A stretch of 64,000 nt of DNA, taken from Neoechinorhynchus agilis (Eukaryota > Animalia > Acanthocephala). The stretch is from assembly GCA_051530055.1 (NCBI GenBank), contig CM121341.1, positions 4,814,784-4,878,783 of the forward strand. Direction: 5' to 3'. Of this stretch, positions 35,933-48,200 are shown in pieces (positions within the stretch are counted from its first letter, which is position 1; each line of letters starts with the position of its first letter). The notes below the pieces were generated by a model. It did not search any database and was not told where the DNA came from. It saw only the letters and a program-made list of their open reading frames with translations. Made by a program: the position numbers and the translations under genes.

Positions 35933-36979
35933 ATGTCACCGTCCAAATTGAAGTCTCAACTGCCACCAATTGATCGATCAAGTGAAGTCCCAATACTACC
36001 GATAGAGCAACAAACTATACGGAAATGCGATCCGGAAACACCGCAGATTCCATCATTAATACCAACACAAAAACATCAGACAAAATCTCTTTCAAATCCA
36101 CGCTGCTCATTTCGACCATGTGATGAAGATGTTAAATTGAAAAGTTGGACGATGCCGAATTTTAAATCGACAAGAAGATCACTACAAATCGAACGAGAGC
36201 AATCTAAAAAGATTGTGTTGCCTTTACCTGCGAAGGTTATACCGTCTACGGAAATGCCCATGAGGTTTAAGGTGGGTATTTCGTGGGTTCCGTCTATGTC
36301 AAAGGAAAATTCATTTGTGAAAACAGTGAAGTCACAAAATTCACCAAATAATAGATCGGATCCACCCATATCTAATGAGCTATTGCAATCTCAGTCTAAA
36401 AAGATTCAATTGCCGATTCCGAAAAAATCGTTATCACCATCGGTAAAGCACCTAAACAAACCAGATTTGCCACGGTCGAAAAATCAAGTATTTACGATGC
36501 CTAAACCCAAAAAACCAACAAAAAAAGAAATTTCCGTCGAAGACCCGAATATAAGAAGTAATGATCGGTTTGGAGCAGTCCCGTTTCGACAACCACGGTG
36601 TCCACATCCTCAAACCAATCGATATCGTGCACCATTTAATCAAACTCAGCCAAGAATGGGTGTTTTTTCCTTCCCAGGAAAAGGACAGCAAAGAATGCAA
36701 CTACCCATGAAACCCGAATTGTCGCCGCCTACTTATATGCCACATTTAGTAATGATGCCATGTTGCCTTAATGAAACATTTAAATTCGATCCTCGATGTC
36801 CAACTCCATTAATGGTCATGGTTCCGTCATATGTGATACCATCGACGATGACCAATGCTCTTTCGCCACTTTATTCGATTAATCCTGGAAGTAGTGATGT
36901 TAATCAACAACCGACTAAATCCCGCAGGCGCCGTCGCCGCCGTCGTCGTGGTCACAACAATATTCCACAACAAAATTAG
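35933..36979 (+). CDS. Orphan Pro/Ser/Lys-rich 348-aa protein, probably disordered, with a poly-Arg C-terminal tract
   Basis: Uninterrupted 1047-nt ATG ORF in AT-rich DNA; KSRRRRRRRRG near the end. Confidence 0.7.
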   Translation: MSPSKLKSQLPPIDRSSEVPILPIEQQTIRKCDPETPQIPSLIPTQKHQTKSLSNPRCSFRPCDEDVKLKSWTMPNFKSTRRSLQIEREQSKKIVLPLPAKVIPSTEMPMRFKVGISWVPSMSKENSFVKTVKSQNSPNNRSDPPISNELLQSQSKKIQLPIPKKSLSPSVKHLNKPDLPRSKNQVFTMPKPKKPTKKEISVEDPNIRSNDRFGAVPFRQPRCPHPQTNRYRAPFNQTQPRMGVFSFPGKGQQRMQLPMKPELSPPTYMPHLVMMPCCLNETFKFDPRCPTPLMVMVPSYVIPSTMTNALSPLYSINPGSSDVNQQPTKSRRRRRRRRRGHNNIPQQN

Positions 36980-37644
36980 ATTCAAAAACAACGAATTTTA
37001 TTTCGATTGCGTTGAAATCGATTTAAAAAGATATGGAAACTTCCCTTTTTTCCAAGATAAACCACAATCGAAAAAGTGTTAAATAAATGTCGGTATGTGA
37101 AGAGGTCATGGCTGTTGATTCGGTAAATAATTTTAGGTTCATCATCAGTTTGTTAACAAAAACCAAAATAATAGCTTAAAAATGCATTCTTGTATTGATA
37201 AACAAAATTAGAATAAATGCACTAGGAAAAGCCTGAAATAAGCGGTGCTAAATGGTATTTTAATCTATTAAAAATTATTGAAGTAACATTTTCCATTCAG
37301 AATAAACGTTTTATATGAAGACATAACGAAATCACAATATACAAAAATTCCTAAAATTCAGAAATATAAAATAAAGGTGGCTCAACAAAGTCCTAAAATA
37401 ATGTAAATGCGGCGATTTATAAAACACACTACGATTCGCAGTAGAAAAATACAAATATCACAGGAATCTGCAATAATCCAGAATATTTATTAACGTCGGC
37501 GCGTCAGGCTAATCGATTAACAAATTTGCGCTTTCTCACCGTGGTAGTAAATCCCCAGAAAATCGATATGGATTCGCCTGGAGCATCATTCTAGCAAATT
37601 TTTTTTATTAAACAGTCAAAGATTAATTCGCTCAACATTTACAT

Positions 37645-38072
37645 TTACTGAGTCTTTACAACTGGAACATTAATTTCGTCTAAAGGATATCCTTTAGTAA
37701 GAACCCAAACTTCATTGTAATTCTTATAAAGGAGTTTATTGTTCCTTTTCGGATCTTCGATTCTCACGTTTATGGAGAAGTCGTTCCGTTCGTCGATGAG
37801 GGATTCGTCGTAATGAACGCAAAAACGAATGGGAAATGCTTGTGGGATGTAGATTGCAGATTGGGCTACGGTTATCATTCCAACGTCCGTTAGACCCACG
37901 TCGTTCAATGTTATTTTTATAATTGCTCCATTCGGAATTTCTCCATCTCCTTGAATCTGTCCACTGAGCATACAGGAATGTAGCAAAATAATCCGCAAGT
38001 GATGAGTAGAGAAAAACAAAGGTGGATAATTTATGATGACAAGAGTGAGGGGCTCGGTGCGAAAGGAAACAT
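37645..38072 (-). CDS. YbaY/YscW domain protein 3 (apparently identical to copy 2)
   Basis: 537-bp block 37628-38164 matches 28201-28737 in the same orientation, with an identical translation. Confidence 0.8.
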
Positions 38073-38699
38073 TTTTGTGGTCGCGATTTGGGAAATAAAT
38101 TAAAGTTTAATTTTACTCTTTTTAGTCAAATGTTCAATCTCTTTATTTTTGTCATCGTTCAAAGAGTTTCAATGTTTTTAAGAATAATAATATTTTGAAT
38201 TTAGAATATTTGTGTAATTAGTGTTGATATTTCTAATTGAGGAGCAGAGCACGAGTATCTTAGAAGCGCAAAATCCGATTTATTCTAATTCATCAGACTG
38301 TCTTATTTGAACGCTGAAATTACTAACACTTTGTTTCAACTTAGTCTTTTTTTGCTTCAAAATTTTAATGACGGAACAATCCATCTAGAAAAGTTGACGA
38401 TTCGAAAGTTAAGATCTGTGAAGATTAGGGAGTTTTGTATTTAATAGAAATTTTTTATAATAGAAGACACTGACTGCAAGCTTGTCAAGACCTATCTAAA
38501 GCTGGATATGCATTTTAGAATAATCTAACCTTTTTGTAATATTATTGACAATAAAAATAACATTACAGTTATGAAAAATTATACCGAAATCGAGAAAACA
38601 TCTCCGTCAAAAGTAAGATTTGCTTAAAACCAATGAAATTATTAACGGCTTTCTCATTATTGAAGAACCACCGAACGCTATTGAGATTCAGATCTGTGT

Positions 38700-39320
38700 A
38701 GAAGCAATAGAAAACTTACAACACATAACTTCTCGATTGGATCGCAACGATGAAGATCGGTGCGTCTCCAAACTAAAAAAATTAAGAATCTGATTAATCT
38801 TCATAAAAGAAACATTTACAGTAGCCAGTAGAAATATATCTCGTTTAGGGGATACCGCCACAATCGTATCTTTTGCTTTACATGGATTTTAGTGAGGAGT
38901 TTAAGAACATTTATCGAACAGATAATTTTAACTAAGTGGGAAATGAGTAACAACGAAGGGATTGAGAATTAGCAGTTTGGTTAAGGTACGTATCATGCCT
39001 GGAGCTATTGAGAAGAAATTGCACTATCTCAAATAAAAGATACGTTCATTATGCAGAATAAAATTATGAGAGGACGAGTTAGTCCGTGTGTAATAAGAGG
39101 CTTTTTGCTTCCAGCGATGGAAATGAGATCACAGTTCAATGTTAAAAAAATGCCGAACTGATTTTCATGGAGCAAAACAAAGGTAGATCCGTGTATTGTG
39201 AATATCTCCAACTGAAGTGGTCCTGGACAACAAATCCTCGTGAACCCGGATAATTCTCATATCAACGAGTTTTGTCCAGTTCGCGTTTCGTGGAGACCAT
39301 AATATTAAACTCATTGTTTT
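38700..39320 (-). mobile_element. Highly decayed APE-type LINE 5' fragment (tentative)
   Basis: MSLILWSPRN resembles the I.QWN start and LLNSSRHDTYLNQTANSQS resembles LN...PTY...S.ID. Many stops. Confidence 0.35.
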
Positions 39321-40262
39321 ATTTATCCTTACAGTCAGACATAAGCATGGTTAAGCTTCTCGGCTATATTCCTTTTTGGAAGCCTTTTCGGCTAACACTC
39401 AACGCCGCACTCGAAGGGAAAGGGCCAACCCACCTTTTGGGGCCGATGGGCGATCTCAAACCTGACCCCTTACCCTTCCAGCAGCCCCCCCGCGGAACCC
39501 AGCGACCGATGAAAACCAATGAGTTTTTGTTCAAGTACGAATTAAACACTTTTAAAACGTTGAAAAAGGCGAACAAGATTGTGCATATGAAAACAATCGA
39601 AATGAATTCCTTCAATTTTTCACAGCCATATAAAAAGAGCATGAACAATTCAGTGTTCAAACATTTGCGGTTTTTTGAACAAATAAGAACAGGAGTGACT
39701 TTGACGAACGGGCGAAAAGTTCAATCCTTTTGTATAAACTGCCATTTTTCATCTAAGACTAAGCGACTCAACAATTCTTGACTTTTGGATCGATTGTTCT
39801 GCTTGCATTTGTCGCCTTCCGCCTTCTCCTTTTTTCTTGCATCAGTTAAGTCAGAAGGTTGGCTCAGAGTGCAATTAAACCACTTCTTGCCTAAAGCCAC
39901 TTGAAAGTAAATTTGCCGATGGCACTCATATCGCCCTTATCTCCATAGCTGGCACGAAGGTTGCTGTCACCTTATCCACACTCACAGTCACGACAGTGGC
40001 AACCGCACATTCCAAAAGCACAAATGGAGAAAAGATAGCGAATAAAACGGCAGATGAAAGATGTTCCTTCTGGACCAATACTCAAGTAATTGGCTATATT
40101 TAGTGTAACATTTAACGCATTAATTTGTCAATTAGCAACTATAGGCTTTAAATTCTCAATTTATAGCGCTTTAGGGAGAAACAATCCTGAAGCTACTTTC
40201 GCGTGACAAATAGATTCTAGTTTTATAGAAAATTCGAAGTCTTTAAAAGGCACTTTCCAATT

Positions 40263-41172
40263 TGGAATTATTGTTTACAAGTCTTCACCCGCGGTAAAAA
40301 AGTTTATTAAAAAAGTTCTTATAATAATTAGAAATTAGACTGTGTTTTTTAAAGACTTCAAAGCGTTTTTTTAATATCTAACAAACTAATGATGAACTGG
40401 ACGAGTTTCGTAGATCGTTTTTAATCGAAAAAATTATTTACCCGGGTTAAAACTGTTAAGCAATAATCCTAATCACCTCTTCCTCACATATCGAAACTCT
40501 AATTTGGTTTATAATTAATCAGATCGAAAATTGAAGATAATCTTTGCATCTAGAATTTCTAATATAATTCCTTTTAAATAATTATCCGTAAAAAATCGTT
40601 TATTCTTTTAAAAATCTGAGTTGGGCACGATGAAACTCATTTTAAAGGAAATATAACACAATCTAAAAAATGCTATAAAGATTAGCATTATTGTTTAGAA
40701 GTCCTCAACCCGGGTAAATAATTTGTTCTATTAAAAGCGATTTGCCAACCTCTTCGGGTTCATCATTAGTTTGTTAGTGTCTATTAAAAACCAACAAACT
40801 AATGATGAACTGGACGAGTTTCGTAGATCGTTTTTAATGGGAAAAAAATTATTTACCAGGATGAAGGGGGTTCATCATTAGTTTATAACAATAATTAGAA
40901 ATTAGACTGTGTTTTTTAAAGACTTGAAAGTGGTTTTTAATATCTAACAAACTAATGATGAAGTGGACGAGTTTCGTAGATCGTTTTTAATGGAAAAAAT
41001 TATTTACCTAAGTTAAAACTGTTAAGCAATAATCCTAATCACCTCCTCCTCACATATCGAAACTCTAATTTGGTTTATAATTAATCAGATCGAAAATTGA
41101 AGATAATCTTTGCATCTAGAATTTCTAATATAATTCCTTTTAAATAATTATCCGTAAAAAATCGTTTATTCT
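40263..41172 (+). repeat. Foldback-type composite array (410-570-bp units with nested inverted repeats)
   Basis: Contains gttcatcattagtttgtt...aacaaactaatgatgaac hairpins and tttacccgggtaaa palindromes. Same family at 43934-45690 (inverted) and 60670-61700. Confidence 0.9.
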
Positions 41173-42013
41173 TTTAAAGATGATGAACCCGACAAATGGT
41201 CATCGGCTATTTTTAAATCATTTTTCTGAACTTCTTCGTTCGCAATACCTGAAAGATCAACAAGTTCGCGGCTCCTGAGTTGATTTGGTGCGACGAGGTT
41301 CGTAGAACGTTTCTAGTACCTCGCCACATATCGATATTTTTTCCATTTAAGAATCCCAGTAGTGATTAAATCTAAAAAGTGAGATTTTTATCTCTTCTCG
41401 TTTCATTTAATCTTCCACTTGACGTACTTGTCCGTGATAGCGCGAGGGAATTTTGATGGTTCGTGTTCGTTACCCGCTTCCGATGAAACTCGACTTTAGC
41501 CGAATCTGTAAATGGCTCTATTAATTTAAAAACTGTCTTAATAACCGACTAAATCTCGAGGTAAAAATCGAGGCACAATAACAATTTTTTTTCTAAATTC
41601 AAGGATTTTCAACTTTAGCATATTATTTTTAGAAAAAGATTGTATTGCGGTCAATCATCAAAGTCGATCGAGTGATTGAATCGGTCATTACCAATAAAAA
41701 GTCAATTGGGTTCGATAACAGAGATAGTTCAATAAATTTATAAAAAAATTTTATTAGATAGAATTGATAATGACTGATATGCTATTGGTCGAAGCGTTCT
41801 GATTTTTTTCTTAAATGAATGTGGCTGTTGATTTTGGAGTTGATTTTGACAGGTTCGGTTGGGTCGAGAAAGTTGGTTTACAGTCTATTATTTTGTTCAA
41901 AGGCGAGATGTGATCGTCTCGGATGGCCAAACGGATCTCCGAATTTTCTCACCTAAAAAATCTCCGTATTCACCAAAAATGTGAGATTTCGCATAAAAAA
42001 AATGATGCTACTT

Positions 42014-42222
42014 TTTCAATTTCACTTAGCGATATTCACTCAGAAAATTGATTTATATTGAAAATTTTCGGCCTTTTCGTTGGCCTTCTTCAGTCAGATC
42101 CCCATTCGCAGTTGAAAAAACTTGCAAACATTGTAGATCTGACTGAAGAAGGCCAACGAAAAGGCCGAAAATTTTCAATATAAATCAATTTTCTGAGTGA
42201 ATATCGCTAAGTGAAATTGAAA
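42014..42222. mobile_element. Perfect hairpin (87-bp arms, 35-bp loop); MITE-like
   Basis: 42014-42100 is the reverse complement of 42136-42222. A diverged relative lies inside the 323-bp satellite unit. Confidence 0.85.
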
Positions 42223-42833
42223 CAATAATGATTAATTTCTTTACGATGCTACTTTTGTAGAACGTCCAATTGAGAAACTCTTGATTAGATTGCAAATCAA
42301 TATTCCATTGTATAATGTCGACTGTCAGACGATTTGGCCTTTAGGTGGCTACCAACTTTAGAGATATCGTCTTCTCAAGATTTTAATTTCCTTGCAAGCA
42401 GTACTTGGGGTATCTTCTGTCTGTCGTTTTGTCTAGTCTGATGAATGGAACGTGACATTTAAATAGTTTTATTCGGTCATGAGACCGTCTCGGAATATGT
42501 TACTTTTAACTCTTAGTTGGGAAAACATGAAAAGCACGCTATGGAGCTTAGTCTAAAAACTTTTTTTTGTGTGCCGAGGATTGCATTCATCAATAATAAT
42601 TTCTATAGTCGTCTCGGATTGTCACTCTCGGTGTTCGACCCAAATAACAACTCTAAATTGCGGAAATTAAGAATACGAGTATTCAAAAAGTAGCAATTTT
42701 CTGCTCGTAATCAGTCTTCTAAATTCGCATAACAAAACTGTTTCAATGCAAATAAGACTTGGGGGAAAACAAAAGATTGTTAAACTAAAACAAAAATCCC
42801 ACTTTGAAACACAACATTCCGTCGTAATTTCAG

Positions 42834-43505
42834 ATGTGTGCCAATGCCATTCTTAAGAGTATTCTTATTACAATTAACTTAATTTTCTGCATATTCGGAT
42901 CCCTGCTAGTCGTCAGTGGACTGATGATACGCCGTGGAACTACACTTGGAGTAATCGTAAAATTGCTGGAAAAAGTCTTTGACGACGCTCAACGGGAAAC
43001 GATAATTCATAGATGGGTGCCCGTACTCATTGGAATCGGAGCGATTTGCCTCTGCTTAGCCTTTATTGGACTTATCGGGGCATGTTGTGAAATCAAAATT
43101 TTATTGTATTTTTATGCTGGTGCCCTAGTTGGGCTTACCATTTCTGAATTAGTTGGCATCATAATGGTATTAACCAATAATAAAGCTATCGAAGAATTAG
43201 TGGACAAAGCTCTTAAGATTGCAATTGAAAGAATCAAAACGAGTCCTAGGGAGATTTATTTAGCGATGATGAGACAGGTTCACAATTTCTATAATTGTTG
43301 TGGACGAGACAAAGGTTTGAGCGATTTCAGTAAAAACGTACAAGATGGCTTATGCAAAAGTAATTACACGACCATTACTTGTGTTCGTCCAATCGCTAAA
43401 GCAATAAAGAAAAACTTCAATAAACTCACTGCTTTATGCGCTGGACTCATGATCGTGCAAGTAATGTCCATTGCAGCATCGATTGCGGTCGGATGTGATT
43501 CCTAA
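42834..43505 (+). CDS. Tetraspanin, intronless
   Basis: Four hydrophobic segments, N.IF..FG in TM1, FIGLIGACCE in TM2, CCG motif in the large loop plus two more Cys. Confidence 0.93.
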   Translation: MCANAILKSILITINLIFCIFGSLLVVSGLMIRRGTTLGVIVKLLEKVFDDAQRETIIHRWVPVLIGIGAICLCLAFIGLIGACCEIKILLYFYAGALVGLTISELVGIIMVLTNNKAIEELVDKALKIAIERIKTSPREIYLAMMRQVHNFYNCCGRDKGLSDFSKNVQDGLCKSNYTTITCVRPIAKAIKKNFNKLTALCAGLMIVQVMSIAASIAVGCDS

Positions 43506-43933
43506 TTATTATTTTGACCGGGAGCGAGTGTTTGAAACCTACGATTTGTTTAAAACAATGCTACGAGTGAAGTTGGGTCGGACGGAAGGTTAGATCGAAA
43601 TCGTTTGTTATTCTTAATTTAGTCCAGTGGTGGTAACCAATCTACAAATATTGTCCTTATTTCAGCAAGCAAATTTTGACTTGTGTACGTGTGGTGAATA
43701 TACTCATTTGGTTAAATATTCTTTTTATTATTAGGAAATATTTCGAAAGTGAGGAATCCGCGCCTTATCAATCATTGCTTGTAAACTTACAAATTTAAAA
43801 ACTTATAATGATTGATAAGACGAGGTTTCCTCTTTTTTGAAATATTTCGCGAACAATAAAATGATTTTTAACCGCAGTGAAAAATTTACTATCCTGATGT
43901 GGATTTTCTCGATATGAAGTTCGGAGACGCAAT

Positions 43934-45690
43934 CTAGAATTATTGTTTAGAAGTCTTTACCCGGGTAAATAATTTTTTCCCATTAAAAACAATCTACGAA
44001 ACTCGTCCAGTTCATCATTAGTTTGTTGGTTATTAATAGACACTAACAAACTAATGATGAACCCGAAGAGGTTCGCAAATCGCTTTTAATCGAACAAATT
44101 ATTTACCCGGGTTGAGGACTTCTAAACAATAATGCTAATCTTTATAGCATTTTTTAGTTTGTGTTATATTTCCTTTAAAATGAGTTTCATTGTGCCCAAC
44201 TCAGATTTTTAAAAGAATAAACGATTTTTTACGGATAATTATTTAAAAGGAATTATATTAGAAATTCTAGATGCAAAGATTACCTTCAATTTTCGATCTG
44301 ATTAATTATAAACCAAATTAGAGTTTCGATATGTGAGGAAGAGGTGATTAGGATTATTGCTTAACAGTTTTAACTTAGGTAAACAATTTTTTCGATTAAA
44401 AACGATCTACGAAACTCGTCCACTTCATCATTAGTTTGTTAGATATTAAAAAACGCTTTCAAGTCTTTAAAAAACACAGTCTAATTTCTAATTATTGTTA
44501 TAAACTAATGATGAACCCCCTTCATCCGGGTAAATAATTTTTTTCCCATTAAAAACGATCTACGAAACTCGTCCAGTTCATCATTAGTTTGTTAGATTTT
44601 AATAGACACTAACAAACTAATGATGAAGCCGAAGAGGTTCGCAAATCGCTTTTAATCGAACAAATTATTTACCCGGGTTGAGGACTTCTAAACAATAATG
44701 CTAATCTTTATAGCATTTTTTAGATTGTGTTATATTTCCTTTAAAATGAGTTTCATCGTGCCCAACTCAGATTTTTAAAAGAATAAACGATTTTTTACGG
44801 ATAATTATTTAAAAGGAATTATATTAGAAATTCTAGATGCAAAGATTACCTTCAATTTTCGATCTGATTAATTATAAACCAAATTAGAGTTTCGATATGT
44901 GAGGAAGAGGTGATTAGGATTATTGCTTAACAGTTTTAACTTAGGTAAACAATTTTTTCGATTAAAAACGATCTACGAAACTCGTCCAGTTCATCATTAG
45001 TTTGTTAGATATTAAAAACCTTTCAAGTCTTTAAAAAACACAGTCTAATTTCTAATTATTGTTATAAACTAATGTGAACCCCTTCACCGGGTAAATAATT
45101 TTTTCATTAAAAACGATCTACGAAACTCGTCCACTTCATCATTAGTTTGTTGGTTTTTAATAGACACTAACAAACTAATGATGAAGCCGAAGAGGTTCGC
45201 AAATCGCTTTTAATCGAACAAATTATTTACCCGGGTTGAGGACTTCTAAACAATAATGCTAATCTTTATAGCATTTTTTAGATTGTGTTATATTTCCTTT
45301 AAAATGAGTTTCATCGTGCCCAACTCAGATTTTTAAAAGAATAAACGATTTTTTACGGATAATTATTTAAAAGGAATTATATTAGAAATTCTAGATGCAA
45401 AGATTACCTTCAATTCTCGATCTGATTAATTATAAACCAAATTAGAGTTTCGATATGTGAGGAAGAGGTGATTAGGATTATTGCTTAACAGTTTTAACTT
45501 AGGTAAACATTTTTTCGATTAAAAACGATCTACGAAACTCGTCCACTTCATCATTAGTTTGTTAGATTTTAATAGACACTAACAAACTAATGATGAAGCC
45601 GAAGAGGTTCGCAAATCGCTTTTAATCGAACAAATTATTTACAGGGTTGAGGACTTCTAAACAATAATCCTAATCACCTCCTCTTCACAT
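43934..45690 (-). repeat. Foldback-type composite array, inverted relative to 40263-41172
   Basis: ttgaggacttctaaacaataat at about 44112, 44678, 45238 and 45646; reverse complement of the left array. Confidence 0.92.
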
Positions 45691-46084
45691 ATCAACATTT
45701 TAACACGGAATCCACAAAAGTGAGGAAGCTAACTCGTCCAGTTGGTTGAGCACAATAACGCGTCGCAAGTTAGTCGTCTCATAACTACGTCCAACTTTTC
45801 ACTAATCTTGAGATAATCAGTGATTTTGCAGGCGAAGGTTCCAATGAATCTCCCGTATCGTAATAAGGACAATCGAAAAGATAACATGCGGTTCATAAAT
45901 CAGATTCCTAAACGTATTTCGTGATTTTAAATGAGGGCCATGACGGTGCGCTAATATTAAAATAACTTTCAATTGACGACGAACGTAGATGGATCCGGAG
46001 GGTTCAATGTGGCAAACGTTGGCCGACGCATTAATAATAACACGTTTTATTAAAGCCAAAAGAATAAGACCAATGTACCTTTGG

Positions 46085-46955
46085 GTCCACATGAACACTC
46101 GAGTTCTGATTTTTTAAATGAATGTGGCTGTTGATTTTGGAGTGGATAACGGGCTCGTTCGGGTCGGGAAAGTTGACGGTTATTGTTTTCTAGGGAGTTT
46201 CTGAGGTTGGGTCTCTCCTCAGGTTCGTTTCGGGTCTCGATATCCAAGAAGATTGGGCAGTATGGAAAAAGGAGCGGAGGTACAGGAAATTGCGAGATCT
46301 GATAGGATAAATGAATGTGGCTGTTGATTTTGAAGTGGATAACGGGCTCGTTCGGGTCGGGAAAGTTGACGGTTATTGTTTGTTGTGGAGTTTGTGTGGT
46401 TGGGTCTGTCCTCAGGTTCATTTCTGTCCTCGGAATCCGAGAAAATTGAACAGCATGGAAAAAGGAGCAGAGGTATAGGAAATTGCGAGATCTGATAGGA
46501 TAAATTAATGTGGCTGTTGATTTTGGAGTGGATAACGGGCTCGGGAGGGTGGGAAAGTTGACGGTTATTGTTTTCTAGGGAATTTGTGGGGTTGGTCTTT
46601 CCTCAGGTTCATTTCGGTCCTCGGCATCCGAGAAGATTGGACAGTATGGAAAAAGGAACGGAGATTGAGGGGGTGCGATTATTGATAGGTAAAACTGGAG
46701 GTGGCTGTTGATCTTAAAGTGAATAGCGGTCCGGTCGGGTATGAAAGTTGGCGGTTATTGTTTGTTGGAGAGTTTGTGAGGTTCGATCTATTCTCAGGTT
46801 CGTTTCGGGTTTCGGCATCCGAGAAGAATGAGCAGCATGGAGTGTAGCTGTTGATTCTGAAGTGGATTGCGGGCTAGTTCGGGTCGGGAAAGTTGACGGT
46901 TATTGTTTGTTGTGGAGTTTGTGAGGTTGGGTCTCTCCTCAGGTTCATTTCAGGT
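46085..46955 (-). repeat. About 192-bp LINE-tail-derived tandem repeat, about 4.5 copies
   Basis: Same unit as 55575-56610 in reverse orientation. Confidence 0.9.
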
Positions 46956-48200
46956 GATGATAAAAAGGAGTGGAATTAGAGGACAATTATTGCCTCCACT
47001 GATTTAGTGTAAATAATCGAGCCAACGACAGTTTTAACAACTATAATCATTAATAAATAGTACATTAGGCATACTTATTGGAATTTTAAGCGAAATTATT
47101 AAGAAACATCCGACCGGAAATAGCAAACTTTCTAAGTTTAATTGAAAGATATTGGAAATATGGAGTGTTGAATGAACGAGTAATGGATTGATTTTGATAA
47201 AAATAAAATGTTCATGAAGCCCCAATTCCCAAGCAACTTCACACAAAAAACGAACTAACTAATGCTAAAAACTGGTTATTTATGGACGCCAATAATCTTC
47301 TTCCATTGATTTTGGTACAATTGGAGGTGGTAAGGAGTTATCCGTCTCGGTTAACTCCCCCATGACATCTTCCTTCTCATATTGATCTCTAATGTCAACA
47401 ATTGATTATTAGACATCAATTGTCGTCCATATACTCACATTTCATAAGGATTTATCGGTATTCCTTTCAATTTCTTTGCAATTAATCCATCCGGAGCTTC
47501 TTTTAAGAACATTTCCCTGCACTTGAACGAATAAATTAATCGTCCAAATATGTATCCTATAAAAGGAGGCGATTTTCATTTGAATTGAAATGTCCATTGA
47601 AGGACCTGTGAACAGTGAGATTCCCATTCGAATGTTATAAGGCATACTATTGAATCGGAGTTTTTGCCGATTGGTCAAGAATAAATGACTAATTGATCCG
47701 GACGCCAACATTGAAGGAACGCCTTGATTAAGAACACTAATGACGATCTGGAACTTTTAATAGAGTTACATGCGATTTTAAATCCTTCCTGGCTGCACCG
47801 TGCAAGAATATCCTTTTCTTTTTCCGATAATGGAGGCATCATCTGAAACAAAGAGATTCTCAAGTGAGCACTTCTCAAACCTCAGTCCTCAATTACACAA
47901 TCTTTCCATCGCTTTCTCGAGCTTCCTTATCCCCATTCGAATTCATCTTTTCTGCCGAATTGAACAAATCCGATTTCGACTCTTTTTCGCTCTCTGGCAT
48001 AAAATACGGAAGAATTATGGCGCAGAAATTGGGATCAATTCGATTATATTGATTTCTATATGCAATAATGATCCCATTTCTCGGTAATCCACACTTTCCT
48101 TTTTTTAAATTGACGGTTACATTGAACACACGGGCGAATCATCGTTGAGGACTTTTGCTACCGTCGCTAATTATTTTTCCGGTTTTGCCATTGGTGAACA

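Noticed and set aside
25545-38164. Bacterial contamination as the source of the YbaY-like genes
   Set aside because: They are interleaved with NAXE, Fox genes and host satellites, match host base composition, and lack operon context or lipoboxes. A chimeric assembly still needs read-level exclusion.
39272-39781. 169-aa ORF and a short 18S-like 20-mer on the minus strand
   Set aside because: No domain signal, and the rRNA-like match is too short and gapped. The region is better explained as the GC-rich 5' part of a decayed LINE.
47000-48130. Broken minus-strand ORFs possibly from a DNA transposase
   Set aside because: No DDD/DDE motif or terminal repeats could be identified, so it is left unannotated.
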